24,471 nucleotides of DNA, from contig JBHLMQ010000046.1 in the NCBI GenBank assembly GCA_048938005.1, positions 1-24,471 on the forward strand, written 5' to 3'. The translations under genes were made by a program, and so were the position numbers. Positions 16,442-24,471 of this stretch are shown one piece after another (positions within the stretch are counted from its first letter, which is position 1; each line of letters begins with the position of its first letter). The DNA comes from Promethearchaeota archaeon. GTDB taxonomy: Archaea > Asgardarchaeota > Lokiarchaeia > Sigyniarchaeales > SOKP01. Below the pieces are notes generated by a model that saw nothing but the letters and a program-made list of their open reading frames with translations, made no database searches and was not told the DNA's origin.

Positions 16442-18190
16442 TTATTTTTTTACTAAGACTAATTTATTTTTCTTGATGATTATTTTATCTTTATTAAAAG
16501 GGCTGAAATTATAGGTAATTTTCATTGTGTATACAATAAAAGTTCCCAGAAACTTTAATTTCAATGTATTAAACAGATCATTAATCATTTGGAGGTCCTC
16601 TGGAATTGAAATACCAAAGAATGGATTTAATAATAAATATAAAATTGCTCCAAGTATAACTCCAATAATTAAACTTATCGTACTATTAAAAGGAAATACC
16701 CATAAAATAATGAAAAGAATAATCAAATTGGGTATTAATCTATAAATTTTGAAGTTGTAATCAACATCGAGCTTTCGTTTAAGTTGAATTAAAATATATG
16801 GCAAAAGAAAAAGAGCCGATATTAACATTACAATTCCTATACCCAATATTCTAAAAATATATATAAAAATTGGAGTTGTTCCAATTATTATTAATAAAGT
16901 TATTCCGAAACCTTTTGCTGCTAAATCTGCATTTCCAGATCCAATTAAAGCATTCCCAAATAAAGTTGAATAACCATAAATAAACTGTCCTAAAATGATT
17001 AAAATAAATAAGATTTGCGTCATAGAAAACAATTCTAGATTAAAGACTCCTGCATCCATAAATAGATCTCTATGCAAATAAAGTAATAGTTTTCCAGATA
17101 ATGCTATCATTGCTGTTAAAAACCCTAAAGCTAAAATACTTGAGATTCGTGTAGAAGCATTAATAGATTCTTCTACAGTTTCATGACGATCTTTAACACA
17201 TGCTTCAGCAATTTCTATGTTTAATGGGGCCGCATAATATAAGATTACTCCTTTTACAGCACCATAAGTCATCAATACAGTTAATAGACTTAATCCTAAC
17301 GCTTGATATACCGGATTTGTAAAAATTGCTAAATATATAGCTGCAAATAGAAATAAAATATCTTCAAAAAATTTTGAATTTTGAATATTAGTTATCATAG
17401 AAAACGCAGAATTTTTCATATATGACCAAATTTGATGATCTTCGATTAATTCTTTAACCTCCGGAGATGCTATTTTTTTCATATTCCGTGTTCTTAAACT
17501 TGCTTTAAAAATATCCTTAATTGAATAAGGTGCTATCTTATTAAAAAAATAAATTAATAGAATTATTGTAGTGATGTTGAAAAATGGATAGAATGCAAAC
17601 CAAAATGGATTAAGATTATATGATATAAAAATAAAACCAGAAATTAATAAAAATATTCCATTAAAAATTGATAAGAAAGCAAGAATATCATATCTATTTT
17701 TAATCTCCAAGCCAATTTGAAATATAAATGTACTAAATATAAATATTGAAGCAAAACCAGAAGCAAAAATACATACTCTTAATAATACATTGGTTAAAAA
17801 AAACCCAAAAATAAAAGGAGTAGCAATCATTGCCAATCCTAATCCCAATCCAATTAGGAATATTAATTTTGAATATGTCGTGGCTTTTATTCGTCCAAAT
17901 TCTTCATTAATAATAAATGCAGCCTTAATTTCTGCTATAAAATATCTAGAAATTCCAATTCCAATTAAACTTAAAATCCCATTTATCGCAGTTGTTAAAC
18001 CAAAGTATTTTAAACCTTCCCACCCTGTAGCTAAAATTATAAATATCCATATACAACCAGCATTGATTAACGAAAAAAACATATATATAGATCCGGAAGT
18101 AATTGCGCGAGAACTACCTTCCTGTTCAAAAAATTTCCTATCTCTTTCGAAATCAATTTGAAGCCTTTCTTCTTGTGGTTGATTTTCCAT
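16442..18190 (-). CDS. MOP-superfamily (Wzx/MurJ/MATE-like) flippase-type membrane protein
   Basis: 582 aa with about 14 TM segments, GISRYFIAE early motif, ALIGSG...G..G second-half pattern, and a C-terminal EDL-amphipathic tail typical of archaeal flippases. Confidence 0.65.
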   Translation of the reverse strand: MENQPQEERLQIDFERDRKFFEQEGSSRAITSGSIYMFFSLINAGCIWIFIILATGWEGLKYFGLTTAINGILSLIGIGISRYFIAEIKAAFIINEEFGRIKATTYSKLIFLIGLGLGLAMIATPFIFGFFLTNVLLRVCIFASGFASIFIFSTFIFQIGLEIKNRYDILAFLSIFNGIFLLISGFIFISYNLNPFWFAFYPFFNITTIILLIYFFNKIAPYSIKDIFKASLRTRNMKKIASPEVKELIEDHQIWSYMKNSAFSMITNIQNSKFFEDILFLFAAIYLAIFTNPVYQALGLSLLTVLMTYGAVKGVILYYAAPLNIEIAEACVKDRHETVEESINASTRISSILALGFLTAMIALSGKLLLYLHRDLFMDAGVFNLELFSMTQILFILIILGQFIYGYSTLFGNALIGSGNADLAAKGFGITLLIIIGTTPIFIYIFRILGIGIVMLISALFLLPYILIQLKRKLDVDYNFKIYRLIPNLIILFIILWVFPFNSTISLIIGVILGAILYLLLNPFFGISIPEDLQMINDLFNTLKLKFLGTFIVYTMKITYNFSPFNKDKIIIKKNKLVLVKK

Positions 18191-18376
18191 AAATCACGAG
18201 CTTTCTTTAAATTAATTATTGATATTGAATTAAAGAATTATAAAAAAGTTTTAGAAACAAAATAATTAAACGGAAGATAAGGATCTAAGTGAATTTATTT
18301 ATGGGGTAATAAAATGGATTTTTATGATAAATTATTTATATAGTATATCTGTAATCTATAAATCGAAACCGTTAAT

Positions 18377-18550
18377 ATGAGCAAAGAACAAGTTATTTGT
18401 GAAAATTGTGGTGAAAATTCATCCACAGAATTATATGAATGCATAGAGTGTTTTAACCAATTATGTGATGAATGTGCTAATATCTGCAAAAATTGCGGAA
18501 AATATCTATGTGATGGCTGTTATCATGATCATAAAAACAAATGTAAATAA
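18377..18550 (+). CDS. 57-aa cysteine-rich zinc-binding microprotein (B-box-like)
   Basis: Not in the ORF track. MSKEQVICENCGENSSTELYECIECFNQLCDECANICKNCGKYLCDGCYHDHKNKCK has five CxxC pairs. Its TAA directly abuts the ATG of the next gene. Confidence 0.85.
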   Translation: MSKEQVICENCGENSSTELYECIECFNQLCDECANICKNCGKYLCDGCYHDHKNKCK

Positions 18551-18955
18551 ATGAAAGGCTGTTATATCTTAGTTATATTCATCCAAAAGAAAATTGAACT
18601 CATAATTGGTGCTCTTGGTAAAATAGTATTTGATAAAGGTTTTTACTTATATATAGGCTCCGCCATGGGAAATTCCGGAGCAACAACATTAATCAATAGA
18701 GTAAAAAGACATGTTTCCTCCCCAAATAATAAAAAAGTTCATTGGCATATTGATTACTTACTTAATAATAAGAATGTAGTTATAATTTATCTATATATAA
18801 TTCCTTCTCATCAGAAACTAGAATGCTTAATAGCGAATGAATTCTTAAACATATCAGATGGCTACATTAAGAAATTTGGCTCTTCAGATTGTCTTTGTAA
18901 TTCCCATTTGCTTTATTTTAAAGACTTTAAATCATTAAAAAAATTAATCCAATAA
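18551..18955 (+). CDS. GIY-YIG (Uri) nuclease family protein, DUF123
   Basis: Motifs KGCYIL, GFYLYIGSA, RVKRH, HWHIDYLL, EC and FGSSDC.C.SHL. Confidence 0.9.
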   Translation: MKGCYILVIFIQKKIELIIGALGKIVFDKGFYLYIGSAMGNSGATTLINRVKRHVSSPNNKKVHWHIDYLLNNKNVVIIYLYIIPSHQKLECLIANEFLNISDGYIKKFGSSDCLCNSHLLYFKDFKSLKKLIQ

Positions 18956-19424
18956 TTAAAGCAATATCAATTAATATCTCTGATATTACTGCTTTTTTTT
19001 CATAAATCCAATATGGGAGCCAAAAGAGTGTTTTTTCTCTGATTTTATCAACAATTCTATGGAAAAAGTTATTATGATGATAATCAATTTTTCCATTTTT
19101 ACTTCTTCTCTTTTTAATTCTTCTTACTATTGTCCAATCCCAAATATCTGGTAAATTTGCAAATAACATTCCTAAATAATAAGGATAAAAAAGAGCTATA
19201 GAAATATAACCAATAACACGTATGCTAATATTCCAAGAAACCCAGAACTTGTCATCCCAATGTGGTTCAGGAGTATGATATGTAATTTTTGAAAATGCAT
19301 CAGTTATAAAATGGGATAAAAAAGCAATGATAGAAGTGAGCAAAAAGTTAAAAGGAAATGAAAAAAACATAAAACATAAAATTTGAATGAGCACACCAAT
19401 TAAATTGTGAGTAATTAAATTCAT
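18927..19424 (-). CDS. Membrane-bound metal-dependent hydrolase-like protein (YdjM-like)
   Basis: N-terminal THxxxG, SHFITD, NLPD..D and a later His within a hydrophobic protein. It overlaps the DUF123 gene convergently by 29 nt. Confidence 0.65.
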   Translation of the reverse strand: MNLITHNLIGVLIQILCFMFFSFPFNFLLTSIIAFLSHFITDAFSKITYHTPEPHWDDKFWVSWNISIRVIGYISIALFYPYYLGMLFANLPDIWDWTIVRRIKKRRSKNGKIDYHHNNFFHRIVDKIREKTLFWLPYWIYEKKAVISEILIDIALIIGLIFLMI

Positions 19425-19576
19425 AATCTTTTCATTTAAAACAGTTATGAAACTTAAGAAAATGATACTTAAAAAAATCCTTAAGTTTAGAAATAATTTT
19501 TTATTAGTACATATTATTTAGCACATAGACTTTTGAACTAAAAATAAAAAAATAATTTAGAAGAGGGAAAAATATT

Positions 19577-20524
19577 ATGGGAATGTTAGATGGTAAGGTG
19601 GCAATAATTACTGGTGCTGGTCGCGGTTTGGGGCGTGAAGAAGCCTTATTATTTGCTAAAGAAGGGTGTAATTTAGTTGTAAATGATTTAGGTGCTAGTC
19701 ATGATGGTAGTGGATCTGAAACTAAGATTGCTGATGATATAGCAGAAGAATGCAAAAAATTAGGAGTTAAGGCAGTAGGAAATTATGATTCAGTTACCGA
19801 TTTTAATAAAGCTAAAGGTATGATTGATCAGGCGATATCTGAATTTGGAAAGTTAGATATATTGGTAAATAATGCAGGGATTCTGAGAGATAGAATGATT
19901 TTTAATATGACTGAAGCAGAATTTGATGATGTTATAGCAGTACACATGAAAGGTACATTTAATATGACTCGTCATGCAGCTGAATATTTTAGAGGACAAG
20001 TAAAAGTTAATGAAGATTTAGGAAATTTTGGTAGGATTATTAATACTGCTTCTGATGCTGGTTTGTTAGGAAATATGGGTCAATCTAATTATGGCGCTGC
20101 GAAAGCTGGAATTGCTGCGTTTACGAATATTGTTTCTATGGAATTAAGAAAATATGCTACTGTTAATTGTATCGTACCTGTAGCTAGAACAAGACTCACA
20201 ACGGATGCAACACCGAAAATGGCAGGAGATATGAGTAGAGTAGATAAAAGAGGTTATGATGTCTTCAATCCAGTTAATATTGCTCCAATGGTTGCATTTT
20301 TAGCTTCAGATGAAGCAAGTAATATCACAGGAGAAGTTTTTAGAGTAGTAGCTGATCGTGTTGCTATATTAACAGGATGGCACACTCATAAATGGATAGA
20401 TAATAATGGAGAACGATTCACTCCTCAAATTTTAGCTGAACGTGTTAAAAAGGAATTATTAAAAGGGAAACCTAGCAAGGAGTCTTTCATGAGTGTATTT
20501 GCTTCTTTAAACTTAAAAATGTAA
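19577..20524 (+). CDS. Short-chain dehydrogenase/reductase (MFE-2/hydroxyacyl-CoA dehydrogenase-like subfamily)
   Basis: Motifs TGAGRGLG, VVNDLG, NNAGILRD and GQSNYGAAK (YxxxK). Confidence 0.93.
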   Translation: MGMLDGKVAIITGAGRGLGREEALLFAKEGCNLVVNDLGASHDGSGSETKIADDIAEECKKLGVKAVGNYDSVTDFNKAKGMIDQAISEFGKLDILVNNAGILRDRMIFNMTEAEFDDVIAVHMKGTFNMTRHAAEYFRGQVKVNEDLGNFGRIINTASDAGLLGNMGQSNYGAAKAGIAAFTNIVSMELRKYATVNCIVPVARTRLTTDATPKMAGDMSRVDKRGYDVFNPVNIAPMVAFLASDEASNITGEVFRVVADRVAILTGWHTHKWIDNNGERFTPQILAERVKKELLKGKPSKESFMSVFASLNLKM

Positions 20525-20543
20525 TTTTATTATAATTTATTAA

Positions 20544-20559
20544 TTTTTTTTATCTTTTT
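20544..20559 (+). terminator. Putative archaeal oligo-T terminator
   Basis: ttttttttatcttttt about 20 nt after the SDR stop codon. Weak evidence given the AT-rich background. Confidence 0.4.
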
Positions 20560-20757
20560 GTAAATTAAATAATTCGAGATCTTTAAAGAGTTCTTGATTG
20601 ATATACTTAAATCTGAAATACATCATCTAAGTATACATTTACTGACCATTAGTAAAGAAGGTTTAAATTTTTAATTAAAAAATAATATTTAAGAATTGAA
20701 AATCTAAATACAATTGGAATTTGTGGAATCAAAAATATGTGAGTAAATTAATCAAAA

Positions 20758-21585
20758 ATGAGAGGAGAACGAGTGAACGTTCAAAAATCTCTTAGCTATG
20801 TAAAAACTTATGGAAATCTTGTTGAAAAAGCCCGTCTTTCAGCTATTATATGGGAAAAAAAACCATCTATGGAGGTTCTAGACGAATTAGCTTCACTTCA
20901 AAAACCAGATGGTGGGTTTTCTTATTGGGTAAAAAGTATTAGCAATATTACGGATACATGTTATATACTCGAGTGGTTTGATGATTTAAAAGTATATAAG
21001 GGAGAGATAGTTGATCCAGCATGTCGATATATTTTAGAACACCAGCAAAAAGACGGAGGTTGGGATGAAATATCTGAAATTGTAAACTACAATCCACCAG
21101 AATGGATGGTGCCTAGTCGGACTGAAACTCGTGTATGGTTAACTGCTTACTGTTCTCATGTACTAATCCGTTTTGGTTATGCTGAAGCAGAAGGGACATA
21201 TTGTCCAACAGATTTCTTAGTTGCTAATTGTGATACGTCGGGGAGATTGAAGGGTTATTTACGTGCTACATGGCTGGCATTACCTATGTTGGCTTTTTAC
21301 CCAGGTCCGGATCCAGAATCATTTAATAGAGCAGTTAAAGTTGTTGAAGATAGTTTCTCTCTAGATTGGAAAGGTTCTTACATTGCGTGGTTACTGCGAT
21401 GTTTAAAAGATAGTGGGTTATCTTCTGACCATCAATTAGTTTTACGAACAATATCAGAATTAAAGAAAAAACAAAATATTGATGGAAGTTGGGATCCTGA
21501 GGAAGGTGAAGGAGAAGAATATAGAGTTAATGCAACTATATTAGCATTGAGAGCATTAAAAGAATATAATATCTTTAAACCCTAA
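20758..21585 (+). CDS. Prenyltransferase/squalene-cyclase repeat (QW motif) alpha-alpha barrel protein
   Basis: QKPDGGF, QQKDGGW and QNIDGSW repeats. GAGGAG precedes an in-frame GTG at 20773, the likelier start. Confidence 0.82.
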   Translation: MRGERVNVQKSLSYVKTYGNLVEKARLSAIIWEKKPSMEVLDELASLQKPDGGFSYWVKSISNITDTCYILEWFDDLKVYKGEIVDPACRYILEHQQKDGGWDEISEIVNYNPPEWMVPSRTETRVWLTAYCSHVLIRFGYAEAEGTYCPTDFLVANCDTSGRLKGYLRATWLALPMLAFYPGPDPESFNRAVKVVEDSFSLDWKGSYIAWLLRCLKDSGLSSDHQLVLRTISELKKKQNIDGSWDPEEGEGEEYRVNATILALRALKEYNIFKP

Positions 21586-21868
21586 TATCCTGTTCTAAAT
21601 TATCAGCAATTTCTTTAAAAATGCGATAAATAAGCATAAGTGTTTTGTCAAAATCTTCTTCAGGCATATCAGAACTATATTTCTTTAACTTATATAAGAG
21701 ATATTCTAATTTATCTAATGCTTTTTTTAGATGATATATCTCTTCTTTATTTTTTGCTCTTTCAAAACGTGTTTTTAGAAATATAATCTCACTAATAAGC
21801 ATCTTGACTAATTTATCTTTCCTCGATTGAATGAACTCATTATATTGCCATATTAAAGCTTTACTCAT
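21575..21868 (-). CDS. Small helical hypothetical protein
   Basis: 97-aa ORF with GAGGT upstream of the ATG and amphipathic helices. Confidence 0.65.
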   Translation of the reverse strand: MSKALIWQYNEFIQSRKDKLVKMLISEIIFLKTRFERAKNKEEIYHLKKALDKLEYLLYKLKKYSSDMPEEDFDKTLMLIYRIFKEIADNLEQDIRV

Positions 21869-22040
21869 TATTTTTACCTCGTAATTTAATATTTTTCCTA
21901 AATAGTAATAAAATAAAGTAAAATTAATTTCTTTGAGAGTCCAATGATTGAGTTATTTTGATTTTTTTTACTAAACAGAGATATAAGATTAACTCTAAAT
22001 CATGCTAAAATAGTAAAAAAATACTAGAATTTTTTTAAAT

Positions 22041-22505
22041 TTACTTCTCAATTAAATCTTGGAAAAAATCATCACTAATAGTATCATCTTCTTTTTCTCT
22101 TGCATCCTTTGTCATATAGTACCAACCTAATAATCCTCCAATTATCAAGCCTAAAATGAGCCCTGATGTGCTTAAAAATCCTATATAAACAAAAAGCCAA
22201 TAGATACCTAGCCTAAAAAAAATAATTATATAACATGCTGAAACAAGAGCTGCTAGAACACCTCCTACAAGTCCAACAATAATCCCGAATTTTAGGGGAG
22301 ATTGGTCAGATTTTCGATTTTTCAGAGCGAATAATACGCCTACAAATGCTCCAGCTAGAAATTCTAAGTCTTTAAACAAGTATACCCCATACCATAAAGG
22401 ATCAACAGCAGAGATTACAGCGATCAAGATAAAAGTAATAATAGTGAAAATAATAATGCCAGAAATCAGGTTATTTTCTTTTGCTTTTTCATATAACTTA
22501 GAAAT
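22041..22505 (-). CDS. Small four-TM membrane protein with acidic C-terminal tail
   Basis: The ORF track starts at TTG 22427 in the middle of a hydrophobic helix. The frame is open up to ATT at 22505, adding SKLYEKAKENNLISGIIIFTIITFI. Gly-rich TM helices follow. Confidence 0.7.
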   Translation of the reverse strand: MSKLYEKAKENNLISGIIIFTIITFILIAVISAVDPLWYGVYLFKDLEFLAGAFVGVLFALKNRKSDQSPLKFGIIVGLVGGVLAALVSACYIIIFFRLGIYWLFVYIGFLSTSGLILGLIIGGLLGWYYMTKDAREKEDDTISDDFFQDLIEK

Positions 22506-22569
22506 TTAAATCACTTAATCTAATATTTTTATTAAACAATTTAGAAAGCTTTTAGATAATAAAAAATAC

Positions 22570-22589
22570 AATAACTTAAGTAAGTTATT
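22570..22589. promoter_or_regulatory. Palindrome in divergent intergenic region, candidate transcription-factor site
   Basis: aataactta-ag-taagttatt: 9-bp perfect arms with a 2-nt spacer. Confidence 0.4.
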
Positions 22590-22792
22590 ATTGACAATTT
22601 AAATTAGAATATTTGTATTTATTTTAAAACTACTATTAAATATTATTAATAATAAAATATAATATGCAGCAAGACCTTTTAGGTAAAAATATCTTAAGTA
22701 ATTCTTTCTACAATATTTTAAATTAAATAAAAACAATTCCGAAATATTCTTGTCCGAATAAGATCCTTGTACTAGCAAAGAGGTAAATTATT

Positions 22793-23809
22793 TTGTCAAA
22801 GGTTTTAGTTACTGGTGCGAATGGTTTTATTGGAGCGAATATAGTGCGTGCTGCATTAGAAAAAGATTATGAAGTCAAAGTATTTGTTAGAAAAACTTCA
22901 AATCTCCAATCAATTAGAGATCTATCAATAGAAATTGCTTATGGAGATTTAAGAAATATTCAATCTATCAGTAAAGCTATGAACGATTGTGATTACATAA
23001 TTCACAATGGCGCAATTTATATCTTTTCTCCAAAGTGGTTTTGGGCAGATTCAACAAAAATTAAAGCAATTTATGATGTAAATGTTAGAGCAACTAATAG
23101 AATAATGAAAACAGCAAAAGAGAAAGGAATTAAAAAAGTAATTTTTACTAGTTCTGAAAGTGCCATAGGTATGCCTCTAGATGGCTCTATTGGAAATGAA
23201 ACTCGTTTTGCCACTAAAAAAGAATTACCAGGTCATTATAAAATATCGAAGTATTTAGGAGAATTAATGGCATTAGGATGGAATAAAAAAGGATTGCCAA
23301 CTTGTTCTATTTTACCAACCACGCCAATTGGTCAATATGATATAAAACCTACACCTACTGGAAGAATCATCATGGATTTTATGAATGGAAAGATGCCTGG
23401 ATTCGTTGATACAAAAATGAATGTGGTGCATGTGAAAGATGTGGCTATGGCACATGTTCTTGCGATTCAAAATGGAAAACCTGGAGAAAGATATATTGCG
23501 GGAAATAAAAATTTGACATTTAGAGACTTCTTGCGTTTAATTGCGGATGTAGCAGGGAAAAAAGCACCAATTCTATCAATACCGAAAGTATTAGCAAAAT
23601 TATTCGCCTTTTTTGATGAATTCATTTCATGTAAAATAAAACATAAAGATCCAAAAACACCGTTAGAGAGTGTAGCTGCTGCTAAGTATCGAATATTTGA
23701 TTGTACAAAAGCGTGGAGCGAATTAAAAATGCCAAAAACAAATATAAGGACCGCAATTAAAGAGCAAATTGATTGGTTTTATGAAAATGGATATATAAAA
23801 AGTAGATAA
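22793..23809 (+). CDS. NAD-dependent epimerase/dehydratase (extended SDR, HpnA/dihydroflavonol-reductase-like)
   Basis: TTG start after GAGGT; motifs VTGANGFIG, GDL, TSS, YKISK, PIG..DIKPTPTG and GERYI. Confidence 0.88.
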   Translation: MSKVLVTGANGFIGANIVRAALEKDYEVKVFVRKTSNLQSIRDLSIEIAYGDLRNIQSISKAMNDCDYIIHNGAIYIFSPKWFWADSTKIKAIYDVNVRATNRIMKTAKEKGIKKVIFTSSESAIGMPLDGSIGNETRFATKKELPGHYKISKYLGELMALGWNKKGLPTCSILPTTPIGQYDIKPTPTGRIIMDFMNGKMPGFVDTKMNVVHVKDVAMAHVLAIQNGKPGERYIAGNKNLTFRDFLRLIADVAGKKAPILSIPKVLAKLFAFFDEFISCKIKHKDPKTPLESVAAAKYRIFDCTKAWSELKMPKTNIRTAIKEQIDWFYENGYIKSR

Positions 23810-23826
23810 AAAATGATATAAATAAT

Positions 23827-24471
23827 TTAAATTACTTTCTTTACTAATTCAAGAAGATCTACCACTTTTAAATGTGTTTTTAAAATTGTTGATGCTTCCC
23901 TTAAATTATTAAGGCAGAAAGGGCAAGTAGATGTTAAATACTCCGCACCAGTCTCTTCTGCTTCTTTAATTCTGTCCAAAGCAATATCAAGAGCCAAATC
24001 TGGGAATGCTGATTTAACACCTCCTCCTGCCCCACAACAATAAGAATACTTTCTATTCCTTCTCATCTCAACAAATTCATCTTTCTTTATAGCATCTATT
24101 ACGTTTCTTGGAGCATCATAAATTCCCGAATGCCGCCCTAAATGGCATGGATCGTGATATGTAATAATTCCTTTTATTTTGTCTCTAATTTTCAGATTAC
24201 CTTGATTAATTGCTTCATCAATCATTTCAATAGAGTGTAATACCTGAAAATTCCAATTATCAAGATATTTTGGATAATCTTGGCTTAATGTCTTATAACA
24301 CCCAGAACAGGTAGTAACTATTTTTTCTATTTCGGAATTTTTAAATACCTGATTATTATAGTTAGCATATTCCTTGAATAGCGCTTCAGTTCCCGTTCTA
24401 AGATTTATTGAACCACAACACCATTCATCAGGAGAAACTGTTAAATTGATATTAGATTTATTAGCTATTTC
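23827..24471 (-). CDS. Fe-S oxidoreductase with two CCG domains (HdrB/HdrD/GlpC-like), 5'-truncated by the window edge
   Basis: The frame stays open beyond the track start (24225) to the window end, adding EWCCGS...IVTTCSGCYKTL. The C-terminal part has YHDPCHLGR, CCGAGGG and CPFC. Confidence 0.92.
   Translation of the reverse strand, partial: EIANKSNINLTVSPDEWCCGSINLRTGTEALFKEYANYNNQVFKNSEIEKIVTTCSGCYKTLSQDYPKYLDNWNFQVLHSIEMIDEAINQGNLKIRDKIKGIITYHDPCHLGRHSGIYDAPRNVIDAIKKDEFVEMRRNRKYSYCCGAGGGVKSAFPDLALDIALDRIKEAEETGAEYLTSTCPFCLNNLREASTILKTHLKVVDLLELVKKVI

Noticed and set aside
16527-18161. Plus-strand ORFs 16527..16745 and 17790..18161
   Set aside because: Antisense shadows of the hydrophobic flippase-like gene (I/K/N/P-rich artefact).
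9022-18955. Restriction-modification or defence island formed by the MTase and the GIY-YIG gene
   Set aside because: The genes are more than 8 kb apart with unrelated genes between them, DUF123 is a common archaeal housekeeping-type family, and no mobility genes are present.
20758-21585. Squalene-hopene cyclase or hopanoid synthesis
   Set aside because: The protein is less than half the size of SHC and lacks the catalytic DxDD motif. QW repeats alone do not establish cyclase activity.
22044-22095. Acidic tail EDDTISDDFFQDLIEK as an adaptor-ear-binding or dileucine sorting signal
   Set aside because: The resemblance to eukaryotic sorting motifs is short and degenerate and cannot be supported from sequence alone.
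22641-22654. Perfect palindrome tattattaataata
   Set aside because: Pure A/T low-complexity sequence, expected by chance at this composition.

Overview
Very AT-rich, gene-dense prokaryotic chromosome segment, most likely from an Asgard archaeon of the Lokiarchaeia type. This taxonomy is an inference from composition, GGTGA/GAGGT ribosome-binding motifs, oligo-T terminators and gene content. It holds about 25 CDS and no recognisable rRNA, tRNA, CRISPR array or mobile element. The standout is a 789-aa protein combining an AN1-like zinc finger, five tandem winged-helix repeats (PCI/DDRGK1/UFL1-like) and a putative adaptin/coatomer/BBSome-type appendage (Ig-like sandwich, platform, helical bundle). 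The ORF track misses a parvulin with a Par14-like basic N-terminal tail and an 11-Cys microprotein abutting a DUF123 GIY-YIG gene. Other notable items are two tandem coiled-coil paralogs with conserved head and tail, two GT87 paralogs flanking a surface protein, a DUF72 protein with a C-terminal PIP box, a possible PC4-like protein, and three SD-preceded ATT codons that may be real start codons. The remainder is ordinary metabolic genes. All family calls are by motif recognition, not database search.
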